A DNA stretch of 64,000 nucleotides from a virus (taxonomy: Duplodnaviria; Caudoviricetes). The notes beneath the pieces were generated by a model. It did not search any database, was not told the origin of the DNA, and saw nothing but the letters and a program-made list of their open reading frames with translations. The stretch covers positions 1-64,000 of the IMG/VR virus record IMGVR_UViG_3300047160_004777, one strand, 5' to 3'. Position numbers and translations under genes: made by a program. Shown here one piece after another: positions 1-9,613 of this stretch (its first letter is position 1; each line of letters opens with the position of its first letter).

Positions 1-189
1 CACCGAGGGCGACGATCCGCCCACCGAGCATCAAGTTACCGAGCCACTTTAACGACGCCATCCGCGCCCGACGTACCGCGTCTAGCTAAATAACCTGACC
101 AAAAGCCGGACACCGGTCTGGTCCGAACCCCAAACCGGCGCCGTTCCCTTTGGAGGGAGTGAGCGTTCGAAACTCACTCGTATTGTGCA

Positions 190-852
190 GTGTCTTTTGA
201 AAACGCGCAACCTACCCAAGCCGAACTGTACGCACAACTGACCGAACCGTTTACTCAGACGTTCACGGACCCGCGCGGCTTCACCTACGTCACGGGTGAG
301 CAGGTCGTCTCGCGGCTGAATGCCGTGTTCGGCCCGCTCAACTGGATGTTCGAGATTGTCGCTGATGGGTACGACTCGACTTCGGACGAGATGTGGACTC
401 ACGGGCGCTTGTCCGTCTTCAGCGACGAGACGGGTTCGTGGGTGAAGCGGGAGCAGTTCGGGTCGCAGAAGGTCAATCGCCGCCGCGACGATGGCAAGGA
501 GATCGACTACGGCTTCGACAAGAAGGGCGCCACGACCGACTGCTTGAAGAAGTGCGCCAGCTTGTTCGGGATTGGTCTGTACCTGTCGGCCAAGGAAGAG
601 CAGCGCGACCCGCGAGGTTCGCCGCCGGCCCGAAGTGTCACAACTTCGACACAGCCGCGACCGAGTGTGGCCGCGCCGCCGCCCGAGATCAAGTGCGAGG
701 AGTGCGGCGAGCCGCTGAAACGCGTTGACTTCAAGACCGGCGACTCATGGGAACCTTACATGCTCGCGAACAACGGCCAGAGCAAGTTCAAGAAGGTTCT
801 CTGCATGGTTCACTACCGGGCTTACACGGACGCCGCTAAAGCGTCCTCGTAG
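190..852 (+). CDS. Rad52/Rad22 (Sak-like) single-strand annealing recombinase with C-terminal Zn-finger-like region
   Basis: Motifs FTYVTGEQVVSRLNAVFGPLNW and KGATTDCLKKCASLFGIGLYL are typical of phage Rad52-like annealases; C-terminal CEEC...CMVH. Confidence 0.85.
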   Translation: MSFENAQPTQAELYAQLTEPFTQTFTDPRGFTYVTGEQVVSRLNAVFGPLNWMFEIVADGYDSTSDEMWTHGRLSVFSDETGSWVKREQFGSQKVNRRRDDGKEIDYGFDKKGATTDCLKKCASLFGIGLYLSAKEEQRDPRGSPPARSVTTSTQPRPSVAAPPPEIKCEECGEPLKRVDFKTGDSWEPYMLANNGQSKFKKVLCMVHYRAYTDAAKASS

Positions 853-857
853 CCCGT

Positions 858-1100
858 ATGACAGTCCGAACACCTGTCTACAAACACGTCTTTCGCCTGG
901 TGGTCCTGACCGAAGCCGAGAGCGCGAACTACAGCGACGACCTGTACGCGTTGGCTTACGCGATCAGCGAGGGCGAGGATATTGGCCAGTGCTGCCACGA
1001 GTCGGTTGAGCGGATCGAAGATGGCGACCGCATCGTCAGGGAATTGCTCGACGTAGGCAACGACGGCACGTTCTTCGATGAGTGGGACGCAGAGCCTTGA
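858..1100 (+). CDS. hypothetical acidic protein
   Basis: 80-aa ORF tightly packed between neighbours. Confidence 0.6.
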   Translation: MTVRTPVYKHVFRLVVLTEAESANYSDDLYALAYAISEGEDIGQCCHESVERIEDGDRIVRELLDVGNDGTFFDEWDAEP

Positions 1101-1105
1101 GAGAC

Positions 1106-2044
1106 ATGGTTATCACGACGACTCTTTGCCAGGCGCGGTCGTTTCTTTGGTCGGTCAGCGTGCCGGCGAAGCCGGACGAGAAGGCTCTGCTGATCCACCT
1201 CGGCATACTGGCGGACCCCGACTCGGGCGACGTGACTTGCCGATATGCCGATCTCGCAGCGGCCTTTATGACGACCGAGCGGACCATACGCGGCATCTTG
1301 AGTCGGCTGGTCGATAAAGGCTACGCCTTACGTCTCAAGCTCAGGATGGGTCGCGCCGGCGGCGTATGCCTACGGCTCGCGCTCGATACCCAACCGAGCG
1401 ATCTGCCGCTCGCGACCGTGATTGAGACGCGGAATGAGACGCCGAATGAGACGCCGAAACGCCCCATTCAGAACAATGAGACGCGGAATGAGACGTTCAT
1501 ACGTTCCATTCCAGAGATTGAGACGCCGAATGAGACGCTTGAACGTCCCATTCTTTGGGACCCAGACCCGGAGATACCCGGTACTCCTTCTCCGGTAAGT
1601 ATCCTGAAGGTAACTCAACTCAGCTCTATCCCTTCCGTAGGTTTCCCTTCCTCGCCGCCGAACGGAAAGTCAGAAAGTCAGTTGGACGAGTTAGCTTCCG
1701 GCGACTGGATCGAAGCCTGGTCTCTGAGCGACAGGGACCTCTCGGAGTTGATCTTCGTGTTCCGGCATCACCTGGACGAGACAAGCATCAAGCTCGCCGT
1801 GGACGCCTTTGTCGAACGCGAACAGGACAACGCCCGGCGAGAGTGCTATCGGACCGGCCGACGCCCACCGAAGCCTCGCAGCCTGAAAGCGAGGGCGGCG
1901 GCGTGGCTCGACCGTGAGAAATCGTGGAGGCCACACCGCAACGGCTCGAACGGGAGGGTAGCGGCTCAACCCGCTGAACGGGACGAAGAGTTTCTGTCCG
2001 TGGTTCGGGCTGACGACGAGCGACGAGAGGCACTGTTCGCATGA
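1106..2044 (+). CDS. phage replication initiator (lambda O/DnaD-like architecture, N-terminal HTH)
   Basis: N-terminal HTH-like segment (YADLAAAFMTTERTIRGILSRLVDKGY), internal DNA repeats, directly upstream of a DnaC-like gene. Start at ATG 1106 is inferred. Confidence 0.7.
   Translation: MVITTTLCQARSFLWSVSVPAKPDEKALLIHLGILADPDSGDVTCRYADLAAAFMTTERTIRGILSRLVDKGYALRLKLRMGRAGGVCLRLALDTQPSDLPLATVIETRNETPNETPKRPIQNNETRNETFIRSIPEIETPNETLERPILWDPDPEIPGTPSPVSILKVTQLSSIPSVGFPSSPPNGKSESQLDELASGDWIEAWSLSDRDLSELIFVFRHHLDETSIKLAVDAFVEREQDNARRECYRTGRRPPKPRSLKARAAAWLDREKSWRPHRNGSNGRVAAQPAERDEEFLSVVRADDERREALFA
1423..1542 (+). repeat. iteron-like direct repeats (TGAGACG[C]NGAA, 7 copies); probable replication origin
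   Basis: TGAGACG at 1423, 1435, 1447, 1477, 1489, 1519 and 1531, with 12-bp spacing within clusters, inside the initiator gene. Confidence 0.7.
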
Positions 2045-3018
2045 GTGAAGATTTTTGGGTTACCGAACACAACCACCCGTCTCAGCCTCACGCTTCGTAC
2101 AAGCCGAAGCCGTGCCGGGCGTGTTGGGGTGATGCGGCTCAGCCCGAACCCGACGTGCCGGTCGCTAACCCCGGGGTGGACGTAGAGCCAGCGAAGCGCA
2201 AGTCCAGTTCGGGGATGGTCCCGCTCAGCGAGGCGATCCGGCGTTGGCGTGAGCGGCGCGGCTTGTCCGACGAGCCCGAGCCGGTCGATACGTCGCAGAC
2301 GCCTGACGACGGACCACCTTGCGACCACTGCCGTTCTTTGCGTTGGGTTGGGCGGCACGACCTGATCCCCGGCGAGCCGGGCTTCGGTTTAGCGATTCCT
2401 TGCCCGGTGTGTTCGGCCGGAATGCTCGCTCAGCGGCGGCTCAATCGGTTGTTCGGCGAGTTGGGCGAGCGGCTCCACGGCCATACGCTCGACAACTTCC
2501 AGACGCCGCAGAAGGTCTACGCCGAGTACGTCGAGTCGGTTCGCGAGTGGGTCGCTGATTCGGGTAAGCCATGGCTCTACCTGTACGGCAAGGTCGGACG
2601 CGGCAAGACGCATCTCGCGGTCGGCGCGATGCGAGCGTGGATCGAGTCGGGCCACTCGGTCTTGTTCTCGAAGGTTGATGGTCTGCTCGACCATATCCAT
2701 CGCGGCTACAAGGACGGCAGCTACGACGACCTGATGCAATCGCTGCTCGAAGCGGAACTCGTCGTACTGGATGACCTGGGTGCCGAGCACAAGCATTCGC
2801 CGGAAGGCGATTGGGCGTCGGAGAAGTTGTTCGCGCTGATCGGTGGGCGCTACGACGCCAACGCACGCATGATCATCACGTCGAACTTGTCTATCCAGGG
2901 GATCACGAATCACCTGGGCCACGAGCGGATTGCTCGCCGGATTCACCAGATGTCGTATCCGAAGTATGCGCTCAACTTCGACAAGCTGCCGTACCGCGCT
3001 GAATGGGTAGCCGCGTGA
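2041..3018 (+). CDS. DnaC/IstB-like AAA+ helicase loader
   Basis: Zn motif CDHC...CPVC, Walker A GKVGRGKTHLA, Walker B LVVLDDLG, MIITSNL. Confidence 0.9.
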   Translation: MSEDFWVTEHNHPSQPHASYKPKPCRACWGDAAQPEPDVPVANPGVDVEPAKRKSSSGMVPLSEAIRRWRERRGLSDEPEPVDTSQTPDDGPPCDHCRSLRWVGRHDLIPGEPGFGLAIPCPVCSAGMLAQRRLNRLFGELGERLHGHTLDNFQTPQKVYAEYVESVREWVADSGKPWLYLYGKVGRGKTHLAVGAMRAWIESGHSVLFSKVDGLLDHIHRGYKDGSYDDLMQSLLEAELVVLDDLGAEHKHSPEGDWASEKLFALIGGRYDANARMIITSNLSIQGITNHLGHERIARRIHQMSYPKYALNFDKLPYRAEWVAA

Positions 3019-3109
3019 AGCGCGCGGACGGCATAGGGGCGGGCGGCTAAAATATCGGGGCCGCGACGTTGTAGGCGCCCGGCCCCACTGACGCCAAGGA
3101 GGTTGTCCC

Positions 3110-3958
3110 TTGTCGCGACGTAAGTCTACTCCCGGAGCGAGCCATCGGACTGCTCGCAAACACGATCTACTCAATAGCGTGTACGGACAACAAGCTGGTG
3201 CATTTCCGCACGTTCGAGATAGCCTGAAACTGGACGGCATGCTCTTCGTTGATCCAACCGCCGGAGATGGCGCGGACGAGCGGAGCAGCCCGCGTTTGTT
3301 GGTGCATCATGCGAGGCATCTCTTCGCGCGTGGTATTCCCGTGCGAGGCGAGTTGTTCGAACGCGAACGAACTACTTTTCAACAGCTAACGAGCAACCTT
3401 GTCGAATTCGACAAGGATGAAATTGCGCTAGCTCATCACGAGGACGCTGTTCTGGAAGTCAGCCGCATCAACCGGGAGCGTATGGCGGTGGTGTACTGCG
3501 ACGATCCAAACACGTCGTACGACTCCACGCTGGTCTTGGATAATCGGCTGTGGTTGTTCAGCGAGCGAGCCACAACAGTTATAACTTGTATCGGTGCTAA
3601 CGCCGGCGGGGTCGGGCGGATGAACGGGCACTATCCGGCTAGCTTGGAACGGTACTTTGCTTTGCTTGATCTCGCAGAGCGAGAACGCTATTTCCGTCGG
3701 TTGCCGTCGCTTGTGAGAATCCCGAATGACCCAGGTCGATTTGCCTACATGATCGTAGGCAGCGACCAGTTCAAGGACAGTATGGAGAAATCTCTGGGAC
3801 ATATTGCTCGGGAGTACGGCGGAATTATCGTTACCGGGTTCGCTAAGGTTCGCGAAGCGCTGCGCCAACTCCATACCTTTAGCGAGCGAACGATGAAGCG
3901 GCGAGCCGAACAGGCCGAGTTGTTTGAAAGTCAGACGTATGCGTTGGATACGAACTGA
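3110..3958 (+). CDS. tcmP: three-Cys-motif partner protein (TcmP-like, SAM-dependent methyltransferase fold)
   Basis: KH.LL...Y...  FVDPTAGDG...SSP motif; sits directly upstream of a DUF5131 gene, the usual pairing; AT-richer codon use than its neighbours. Confidence 0.65.
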   Translation: MSRRKSTPGASHRTARKHDLLNSVYGQQAGAFPHVRDSLKLDGMLFVDPTAGDGADERSSPRLLVHHARHLFARGIPVRGELFERERTTFQQLTSNLVEFDKDEIALAHHEDAVLEVSRINRERMAVVYCDDPNTSYDSTLVLDNRLWLFSERATTVITCIGANAGGVGRMNGHYPASLERYFALLDLAERERYFRRLPSLVRIPNDPGRFAYMIVGSDQFKDSMEKSLGHIAREYGGIIVTGFAKVREALRQLHTFSERTMKRRAEQAELFESQTYALDTN

Positions 3959-5408
3959 TCGACTCAGGACCGACGCTGACATCGCCGGCCTGTTCCCGAT
4001 TCGCGTTGACGATCTGCGCGCGGTCGAAGCGTCGATGCGCGGAAGAGGTTATGACGCAGCCGAACCGTTAGTAGTGTGGGAAAGCACCGTCGTAGACGGG
4101 CATACACGGTTACGAGCGGCTGTCGCGGCGGGCGTTGAGCGGGTGTATGTCGATGAGCGGTCGTTTGCCGACAAGCGGGACGCGCTCGAATACGCGATTG
4201 CTCGCCAGCGCGACCGGCGCAATCTGACCAGGCCCGAGATGACCGCGTTCATCGTCCGCGCTATCGACGCACTGGATCGACTCAAGCCGGCCGGACAGAG
4301 AACAGACCTAGCCTCCGTGGAGGCTAGGTCTGGAAAGTCTGCCGCCGAGACCGCCGAGACGCTTGGCGTTAGCCGAGCCCAGGTCGAGCGCGTGCGGGCA
4401 GTCCAGTCATCAGAAAATGAGGCGGTCAAGCAGCAACTGCGGGAAGGGTCGGTTACGATTCGCGGGGCGTACGACGCGATCAAGCAAGAGACATCTGCGA
4501 AACAAGACTCTGCTGAGCCTGAACCGCTGCTCTTGTCAGTACAACTCGTGCCATCGCCGGGCATCATCAAGGCATCGTACTCGGTGGGCGACTGGCAAAC
4601 TTTGTCGGAGGAGCAGCGCGACGCTGTTCTCCGACAGGCTCCGTTACGGGAGCGAGCTACGTTCAATTGGGTAAATGAGCATATCGAGTGGGCGGGGTGG
4701 TCTTGGAATCCTGTAACCGGATGTTTACATAACTGCGCGTACTGCTACGCCAGGGATATCGCTGAGCGCTTTTACGGGCAGAAGTTCGCCCCGACATTTT
4801 TGCCAAGCCGTTTATATGCGCCGCGACACACAGTCCCAAAACCATTGCCGCCGGAACCTACAGCGGAAGATAGGATACGGCACAAGAGCGTGTTCGTATG
4901 CTCTATGGCTGACCTGTTCGGTAATTGGGTTCCGAAAGAGTGGGTTGGCGCTGTGTTCGACCAGATTGTGGCTTCGCCGCAGTGGAACTTCCTGTGCCTA
5001 ACGAAATTCCCACAGCGATTGGCGGAGATTCAATGGCCGGAAAACGCGTGGTGCGGAACCTCGGTCGATTATCAGTATCGGGTAGAGATCGCAGAGCGCT
5101 CGTTCCGTAACGTGCGAGCCGGTGTGAAATGGCTCTCGTGCGAACCGCTTATGGAACGCCTTACGTTCAAGTCTTTGGAGATGTTTGATTGGGTAGTGAT
5201 AGGTGCGGCGAGTCAAAGCACGCAGACGCCGGAGTTTCAACCGCCGTGGGAGTGGGTCGAACACCTGATCGGGCAGGCGCGGGCAGCCGGATGTAGTGTC
5301 TACGTAAAGCCCAATCTGAAGTCTCGTCCGCGCGAGTACCCGGCAAGCATTATGCCCAGGCCGAGTGTCGTGCCGAACGGTCGCATTCGAGGCAAGCGTG
5401 CAGGCTAG
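3939..5408 (+). CDS. ParB-N domain fused to DUF5131 (phage Gp37/Gp68, radical-SAM-like)
   Basis: N-terminal VVDGHTRLRAA (ParB); C-terminal WSWNPVTGCLHNCAYCYA, VFVCSMADLFG, FLCLTKFPQR, WCGTSV, WLSCEPL, DWVVIG. Confidence 0.85.
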   Translation: MRWIRTDRLRTDADIAGLFPIRVDDLRAVEASMRGRGYDAAEPLVVWESTVVDGHTRLRAAVAAGVERVYVDERSFADKRDALEYAIARQRDRRNLTRPEMTAFIVRAIDALDRLKPAGQRTDLASVEARSGKSAAETAETLGVSRAQVERVRAVQSSENEAVKQQLREGSVTIRGAYDAIKQETSAKQDSAEPEPLLLSVQLVPSPGIIKASYSVGDWQTLSEEQRDAVLRQAPLRERATFNWVNEHIEWAGWSWNPVTGCLHNCAYCYARDIAERFYGQKFAPTFLPSRLYAPRHTVPKPLPPEPTAEDRIRHKSVFVCSMADLFGNWVPKEWVGAVFDQIVASPQWNFLCLTKFPQRLAEIQWPENAWCGTSVDYQYRVEIAERSFRNVRAGVKWLSCEPLMERLTFKSLEMFDWVVIGAASQSTQTPEFQPPWEWVEHLIGQARAAGCSVYVKPNLKSRPREYPASIMPRPSVVPNGRIRGKRAG

Positions 5409-5766
5409 CTTCTTCGATCCCGGTGAGGGCAACCGGCTGCGCGATCACGCCATCGATCTCGTAGAAGCGCACGCCGGAGAAGATTGGCTGAGCTGCGCTG
5501 CGCGAGCGATCAAGATTCTCGCGCAGGGCCGCGACAAGTTCACGACGGATGCGGTGTGGGCGTTACTCGACGCGTGGGGAACGCTCCCGCCCCACGAGGA
5601 ACGGGCGATGGGGGCGGCGATGCGCGGTGCAGCACGCGATGGGATTGTATGGGCTACACCCGAACATGTTTTGTCGTCGCGTCCGGCCTGTCACCGTCGG
5701 CCGATCAGGGTGTGGCAGTCCAGGTTACGCCCTGGTCCGTCGGCGAGTATTTCGACGCCGACGTAG
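5398..5766 (+). CDS. conserved phage hypothetical protein
   Basis: FTTDAVW...RAMGA...RP.CH..P..VW.S pattern; GTG start overlaps the upstream stop region. Confidence 0.6.
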   Translation: MQASFFDPGEGNRLRDHAIDLVEAHAGEDWLSCAARAIKILAQGRDKFTTDAVWALLDAWGTLPPHEERAMGAAMRGAARDGIVWATPEHVLSSRPACHRRPIRVWQSRLRPGPSASISTPT

Positions 5767-5841
5767 AAAAGCGCCGGCCCGTCGGCACGTTGGTCCCGGT
5801 ACGCTGCGGGAGTGCGGACGTACCCAACGGTCAGGCGCGCG

Positions 5842-6000
5842 ATGGCGGCATTGCTCGCTGTCGCCGCCATCGTGTTGGGTGTAGTCGTTATGTTCGACCC
5901 GGACTTTCTCGAAACACGCGTTGTTTTAGGTGTGACGGACGTGTTATTGGGTGTGTCCATCGTGCTCGGTATTGTCGTGATTCGTTCACACTACGACTAG
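5842..6000 (+). CDS. small two-TM membrane protein
   Basis: Two hydrophobic stretches; lies just upstream of the holin-like gene. Confidence 0.55.
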   Translation: MAALLAVAAIVLGVVVMFDPDFLETRVVLGVTDVLLGVSIVLGIVVIRSHYD

Positions 6001-6003
6001 TGC

Positions 6004-6408
6004 ATGGACGTGACCAGCGAACAAATCACGGCGTACCTCGCGCAGTTTCGGTTGGAGTGGGTGGCGCTGTGCGTCATCCTCATCATCCTCGACGTGGCGT
6101 ATCTCGGGTTCCGTACGTTGACGCACAGTGCCCGCGAGCCGTTCGGAGCGTACCTGACTCAGCGAGTGGGAATCCTGCTTCTGTTATTGATCATCGGGCT
6201 TGTTGACTTTCTCATGCCGAACATCCCGCTTCTGTATATGGCGAGCTTGTTTTATTCCGGCGTGAGCGTGCTGCACATTGTCGCACAAGTTCGGGCAGAG
6301 GGAGTCACCGACATTCCGCCATCTTTCCAGAGGCGGGCGGAGCAACTTCGCGGGGAATTGACGCCAGACGATATGGCCCCACCCGGCCCGCCGGATAAAG
6401 GAGCGTAA
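6004..6408 (+). CDS. holin-like membrane protein
   Basis: Three hydrophobic segments and a charged C-terminus; FY...S......G...IP pattern resembles a phage holin family. Confidence 0.55.
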   Translation: MDVTSEQITAYLAQFRLEWVALCVILIILDVAYLGFRTLTHSAREPFGAYLTQRVGILLLLLIIGLVDFLMPNIPLLYMASLFYSGVSVLHIVAQVRAEGVTDIPPSFQRRAEQLRGELTPDDMAPPGPPDKGA

Positions 6409-6413
6409 CAACC

Positions 6414-6632
6414 ATGAGGTTTCCAGTCGGAACCAACCTGCCGAATAAGACCAAGTTGAGCGATGGATCGCACGCCTTTTTGATCCGGCGTGTACCGGCT
6501 CCGGCAACAGGCCACGCGCCCACGAAGAAGACAGCTACGGGGGTGTGCTTGGACGGAGCGAACCCTATTCCGATCCGGGTGTACGCGCTTGGCGACGGGA
6601 CGTACGCGCTCGGGGTGCAGCGACATGGCTGA
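6414..6632 (+). CDS. small hypothetical protein similar to the N-terminus of the adjacent collagen-like protein
   Basis: [19 protein letters not shown] versus [19 protein letters not shown] in the next gene. Confidence 0.6.
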   Translation: MRFPVGTNLPNKTKLSDGSHAFLIRRVPAPATGHAPTKKTATGVCLDGANPIPIRVYALGDGTYALGVQRHG

Positions 6633-8685
6633 TGCAACCATTGTTCTGGCTCCGGATAACCCGATTCCGGTGCGCGCGTTCGATAATGGTGACGGAACGT
6701 TTAGTCTTGCGGTAGTCGATACAGCAGCAGGCGGCGGGTCAGCGGCACCGAGCGGCGGCGGTGGAACAGGACCTCAGGGTCCAACGGGAGCCACCGGAGC
6801 CACTGGGTCGGCCGGACCCACTGGCCCGGTAGGACCGGCTGGACCGATAGGGCCTCCCGGACCAGCGGGGACTCCGGGGGCGACCGGACCTACTGGTACG
6901 CCGGGAGCTACGGGAGCCACCGGAGCTTCGGGACCCGCCGGTCCGGCTGGTACGGACGGACAGCCAGGCGCAGCAGGACCCCAAGGGGTCGCGGGACCTG
7001 CCGGCGATCCTGGCGCCGAAGGTCCAGTTGGACCGGCAGGACCCGCTGGTCCTCAGGGCGCGGCGGGAACAGGCATCAGTATCAAGGGGTCGGTCGCTGA
7101 TACGTCGCAGTTGCCGACGACTGGGAATTCGACTGGAGACGCCTACCTCATCTCGGGCGACCTGTGGGTTTGGGAAGGCGCGCAGTGGACGAACGCCGGT
7201 AACATTCAAGGACCGGCTGGTCCGGCGGGACCGACTGGCCCATCTGGACCACAAGGTGACGCGGGACCAGCCGGGACCGATGGGACTCCGGGCGTAGCAG
7301 GCGCGGTCGGCCAGACAGGTCCGGCCGGTCCGCAAGGCGATGTTGGTCCAGCAGGTGTCCAGGGGCCTGCTGGAGACACGGGTGCTGCGGGTGCTGTTGG
7401 CGCTACCGGCGCTACCGGCGCTGCTGGGCCACAGGGTGCTGTCGGCGCACGCGGTCCGACAGGACTTACGGGTCCGGCAGGTAATGACGGGGCAGTCGGC
7501 GCCACTGGTCCTCAGGGCACGCAAGGGCCGCAGGGTCTTCAGGGCGACCCCGGTCCAGCGGGGCCGGCGGGCTTACCAGGCGCCACGGGAGCAGACGGAG
7601 TTCAGGGACCTATAGGGCCGCAGGGCGCCGTAGGTCCTACGGGTTCTAGCGGACCGGCCGGGCCTCAAGGCGACACGGGGCTAGCCGGTCCGCAGGGTGC
7701 GGCCGGAGCAGCCGGTGCCAACGGCCAGGATGGGGCGACAGGTCCAGCGGGCGCCGAGGGACCGACTGGCGCAACCGGACCTACTGGACCACAGGGTCCG
7801 GCTGGTCCCCAAGGCACCGCCGGAACCAGCCTCACGCTCAAGGGCTCGGTCGCGAATCAGGCGGCGCTGCCGGCGACGGGCAACACGGCTGGCGACGCGT
7901 TCCTGATTGCTGGCGATCTTTGGGTTTGGTCTGGTACCGCGTGGAACGATACCGGCAGTATCCAAGGGCCGGCGGGACCGACCGGCGCTACGGGTCCGGC
8001 TGGTCCTCAGGGACCGCAGGGCAACGTCGGCCAGACAGGTCCGCAAGGTGTTGCGGGTGCCGCCGGGCCGCAAGGCGCGACTGGCGCGACTGGCGCTGCG
8101 GGTACGACCGGGGCGACGGGCGCTCAGGGGCTTCAGGGTCTAACGGGCGCTGCTGGACCGACCGGGCCACAGGGTACGACTGGGGCGACTGGGCCTCAGG
8201 GCAACACGGGCGCCACGGGTTCGACGGGAGCGCAAGGTCCGCAAGGGCTTCAGGGAGCTACCGGACCGACTGGGGCGACTGGGCCACAAGGAGTGCCGGG
8301 TCTGACCGTGGCGGGAACTGCTGACGGCGCAACGTCGGCTCCGTCCACGACCTCAACCGCCTACGCCGATATCACGGATATGGCTGTCACGTTCTCGACC
8401 ACGACGGTTGGCCACGTGATTGCGTGGATGTCGATAGGCTTCTCTTTGAACGCGAACAACATCGCCGCGAACTTTGGTTTGTCGTTGGACGCAGCGACAG
8501 AAGTTGGCGCGATTCAATCGGGCGTGGGCTCCAATAACGGCAAGAGTTCGACAATGGTTTTCGGGGTGTGGAACAACGTGGCGGTTGGTTCCCATACGAT
8601 CAAGGGTCGATGGCAGTTGACTGCCGCAGGGACGCTGACCGGAACAACTACGATGCGTCACTTGCTGGTGGCGACAGCGACATAA
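6625..8685 (+). CDS. collagen-like (Gly-X-Y) fibre protein with two KGSVA...GDA[YF]LI.GDLWVW modules and a C-terminal beta domain
   Basis: Long G-X-Y repeats interrupted by two similar globular modules; ATG 6625 chosen as start. Confidence 0.9.
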   Translation: MADATIVLAPDNPIPVRAFDNGDGTFSLAVVDTAAGGGSAAPSGGGGTGPQGPTGATGATGSAGPTGPVGPAGPIGPPGPAGTPGATGPTGTPGATGATGASGPAGPAGTDGQPGAAGPQGVAGPAGDPGAEGPVGPAGPAGPQGAAGTGISIKGSVADTSQLPTTGNSTGDAYLISGDLWVWEGAQWTNAGNIQGPAGPAGPTGPSGPQGDAGPAGTDGTPGVAGAVGQTGPAGPQGDVGPAGVQGPAGDTGAAGAVGATGATGAAGPQGAVGARGPTGLTGPAGNDGAVGATGPQGTQGPQGLQGDPGPAGPAGLPGATGADGVQGPIGPQGAVGPTGSSGPAGPQGDTGLAGPQGAAGAAGANGQDGATGPAGAEGPTGATGPTGPQGPAGPQGTAGTSLTLKGSVANQAALPATGNTAGDAFLIAGDLWVWSGTAWNDTGSIQGPAGPTGATGPAGPQGPQGNVGQTGPQGVAGAAGPQGATGATGAAGTTGATGAQGLQGLTGAAGPTGPQGTTGATGPQGNTGATGSTGAQGPQGLQGATGPTGATGPQGVPGLTVAGTADGATSAPSTTSTAYADITDMAVTFSTTTVGHVIAWMSIGFSLNANNIAANFGLSLDAATEVGAIQSGVGSNNGKSSTMVFGVWNNVAVGSHTIKGRWQLTAAGTLTGTTTMRHLLVATAT

Positions 8686-8691
8686 ACGGGC

Positions 8692-8713
8692 GCCGGCGGC
8701 ACGTGCCGCCGGC
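8692..8713. repeat. perfect 22-bp palindrome after the collagen-like gene (possible terminator or operator)
   Basis: GCCGGCGGCAC/GTGCCGCCGGC; no U-tract. Confidence 0.6.
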
Positions 8714-8848
8714 TGCTCAAGAAGTAACCGCTAAGTACGCGGGGCGAGCGGTCGCGCTAGAATAGAGGGAGCGGGGAGAGCCCCGACTCGCACGAACGTG
8801 GAGGTTAGCGCGAACTCTCTCGTCGGCGTACTTGTGAAAGGGTTACGA

Positions 8849-9136
8849 ATGAGCAAGTTGAGCATCCTCGTGAGCGGCAATCAGTCGCCGGTCGCGGGCA
8901 TCTATCAAAAGTACGGTATCGCCGCGCGGCAAGGCCACACGGTTATTGAGTTCGAGCCCGGTACCGAGCAGGCGCGAACCGCCGCCGCCGTGTTCTCGGA
9001 GTTGACGACGCTCTATCGCTTCACTGGTCTGGCGACGACCGTCGCGGACAACCCGACGCGGATCGAGCGGATCGACCCCGAAGCCATCATGGAGTCGGAA
9101 TACGTGTTGATCCCGCAGATCGCCGGGGGCGCGTGA
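8849..9136 (+). CDS. small protein ending ...PQIAGGA (GG-motif paralog 1)
   Basis: Alignable with 9614 and 10719; GAAAGGG upstream of ATG 8849. Confidence 0.75.
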   Translation: MSKLSILVSGNQSPVAGIYQKYGIAARQGHTVIEFEPGTEQARTAAAVFSELTTLYRFTGLATTVADNPTRIERIDPEAIMESEYVLIPQIAGGA

Positions 9137-9600
9137 TCGACCGACCTCGGGACGCTCGCGGGCGCTATATCAGTCGTTGGATGGTCCAGCCGGGGAGTTC
9201 CCCGGCTGCGGCCAATCCGTTGGAGACGGTCCCCATCGAAAAAATCCAGCACAGCGGACGTTACAAGTCTGCGGATTACAAGGAAGTCATCCGTAAGGTG
9301 CTGGTTGAGCTGCGAGCGGGGAATCAGGTCGAACTCTACGACCGCTATCTTTCGCCGTTTCAGTGGTCGGAGATGGAGCGAACAGGGTGGATTCCGGTAC
9401 GCGGGTCGAAGGGCCACATGTACTTCGTCTGCGCCCTGTACGGCTTTGCCATCTATCAGATCGAAAATTCGCGCGGGTACACCTATTGCTTTCATGTCGG
9501 GAGTGGGGACTACCTAGATTGCGCGATAGCGACCGTCCTACTCATCAGAGCCGACGAGGGACGGTTCCGCGCCGTGGCGAATCGGCAATCCTGTTACTAA
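9133..9600 (+). CDS. partner protein paralog 1 (conserved Cys/Asp domain)
   Basis: GTGA overlap with the upstream gene; domain alignable with 9915 and 10949. Confidence 0.75.
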   Translation: MIDRPRDARGRYISRWMVQPGSSPAAANPLETVPIEKIQHSGRYKSADYKEVIRKVLVELRAGNQVELYDRYLSPFQWSEMERTGWIPVRGSKGHMYFVCALYGFAIYQIENSRGYTYCFHVGSGDYLDCAIATVLLIRADEGRFRAVANRQSCY

Positions 9601-9613
9601 AAACGGGGGTTAT

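Noticed and set aside
150-180. GTTCGAA loop suggesting a tRNA T-arm
   Set aside because: The stem geometry is wrong and there is no acceptor, D or anticodon arm; no tRNA is called in the window.
4610-4650. QRDAVLRQAP in the ParB-DUF5131 protein as a third copy of the C-terminal tag
   Set aside because: It is internal, lacks DP[IV]GTS and the Cys, and is most likely a chance 4-residue match.
6700-8320. Periodic DNA repeats as CRISPR or satellite
   Set aside because: Explained by Gly-X-Y collagen codons; no constant repeat with unique spacers.
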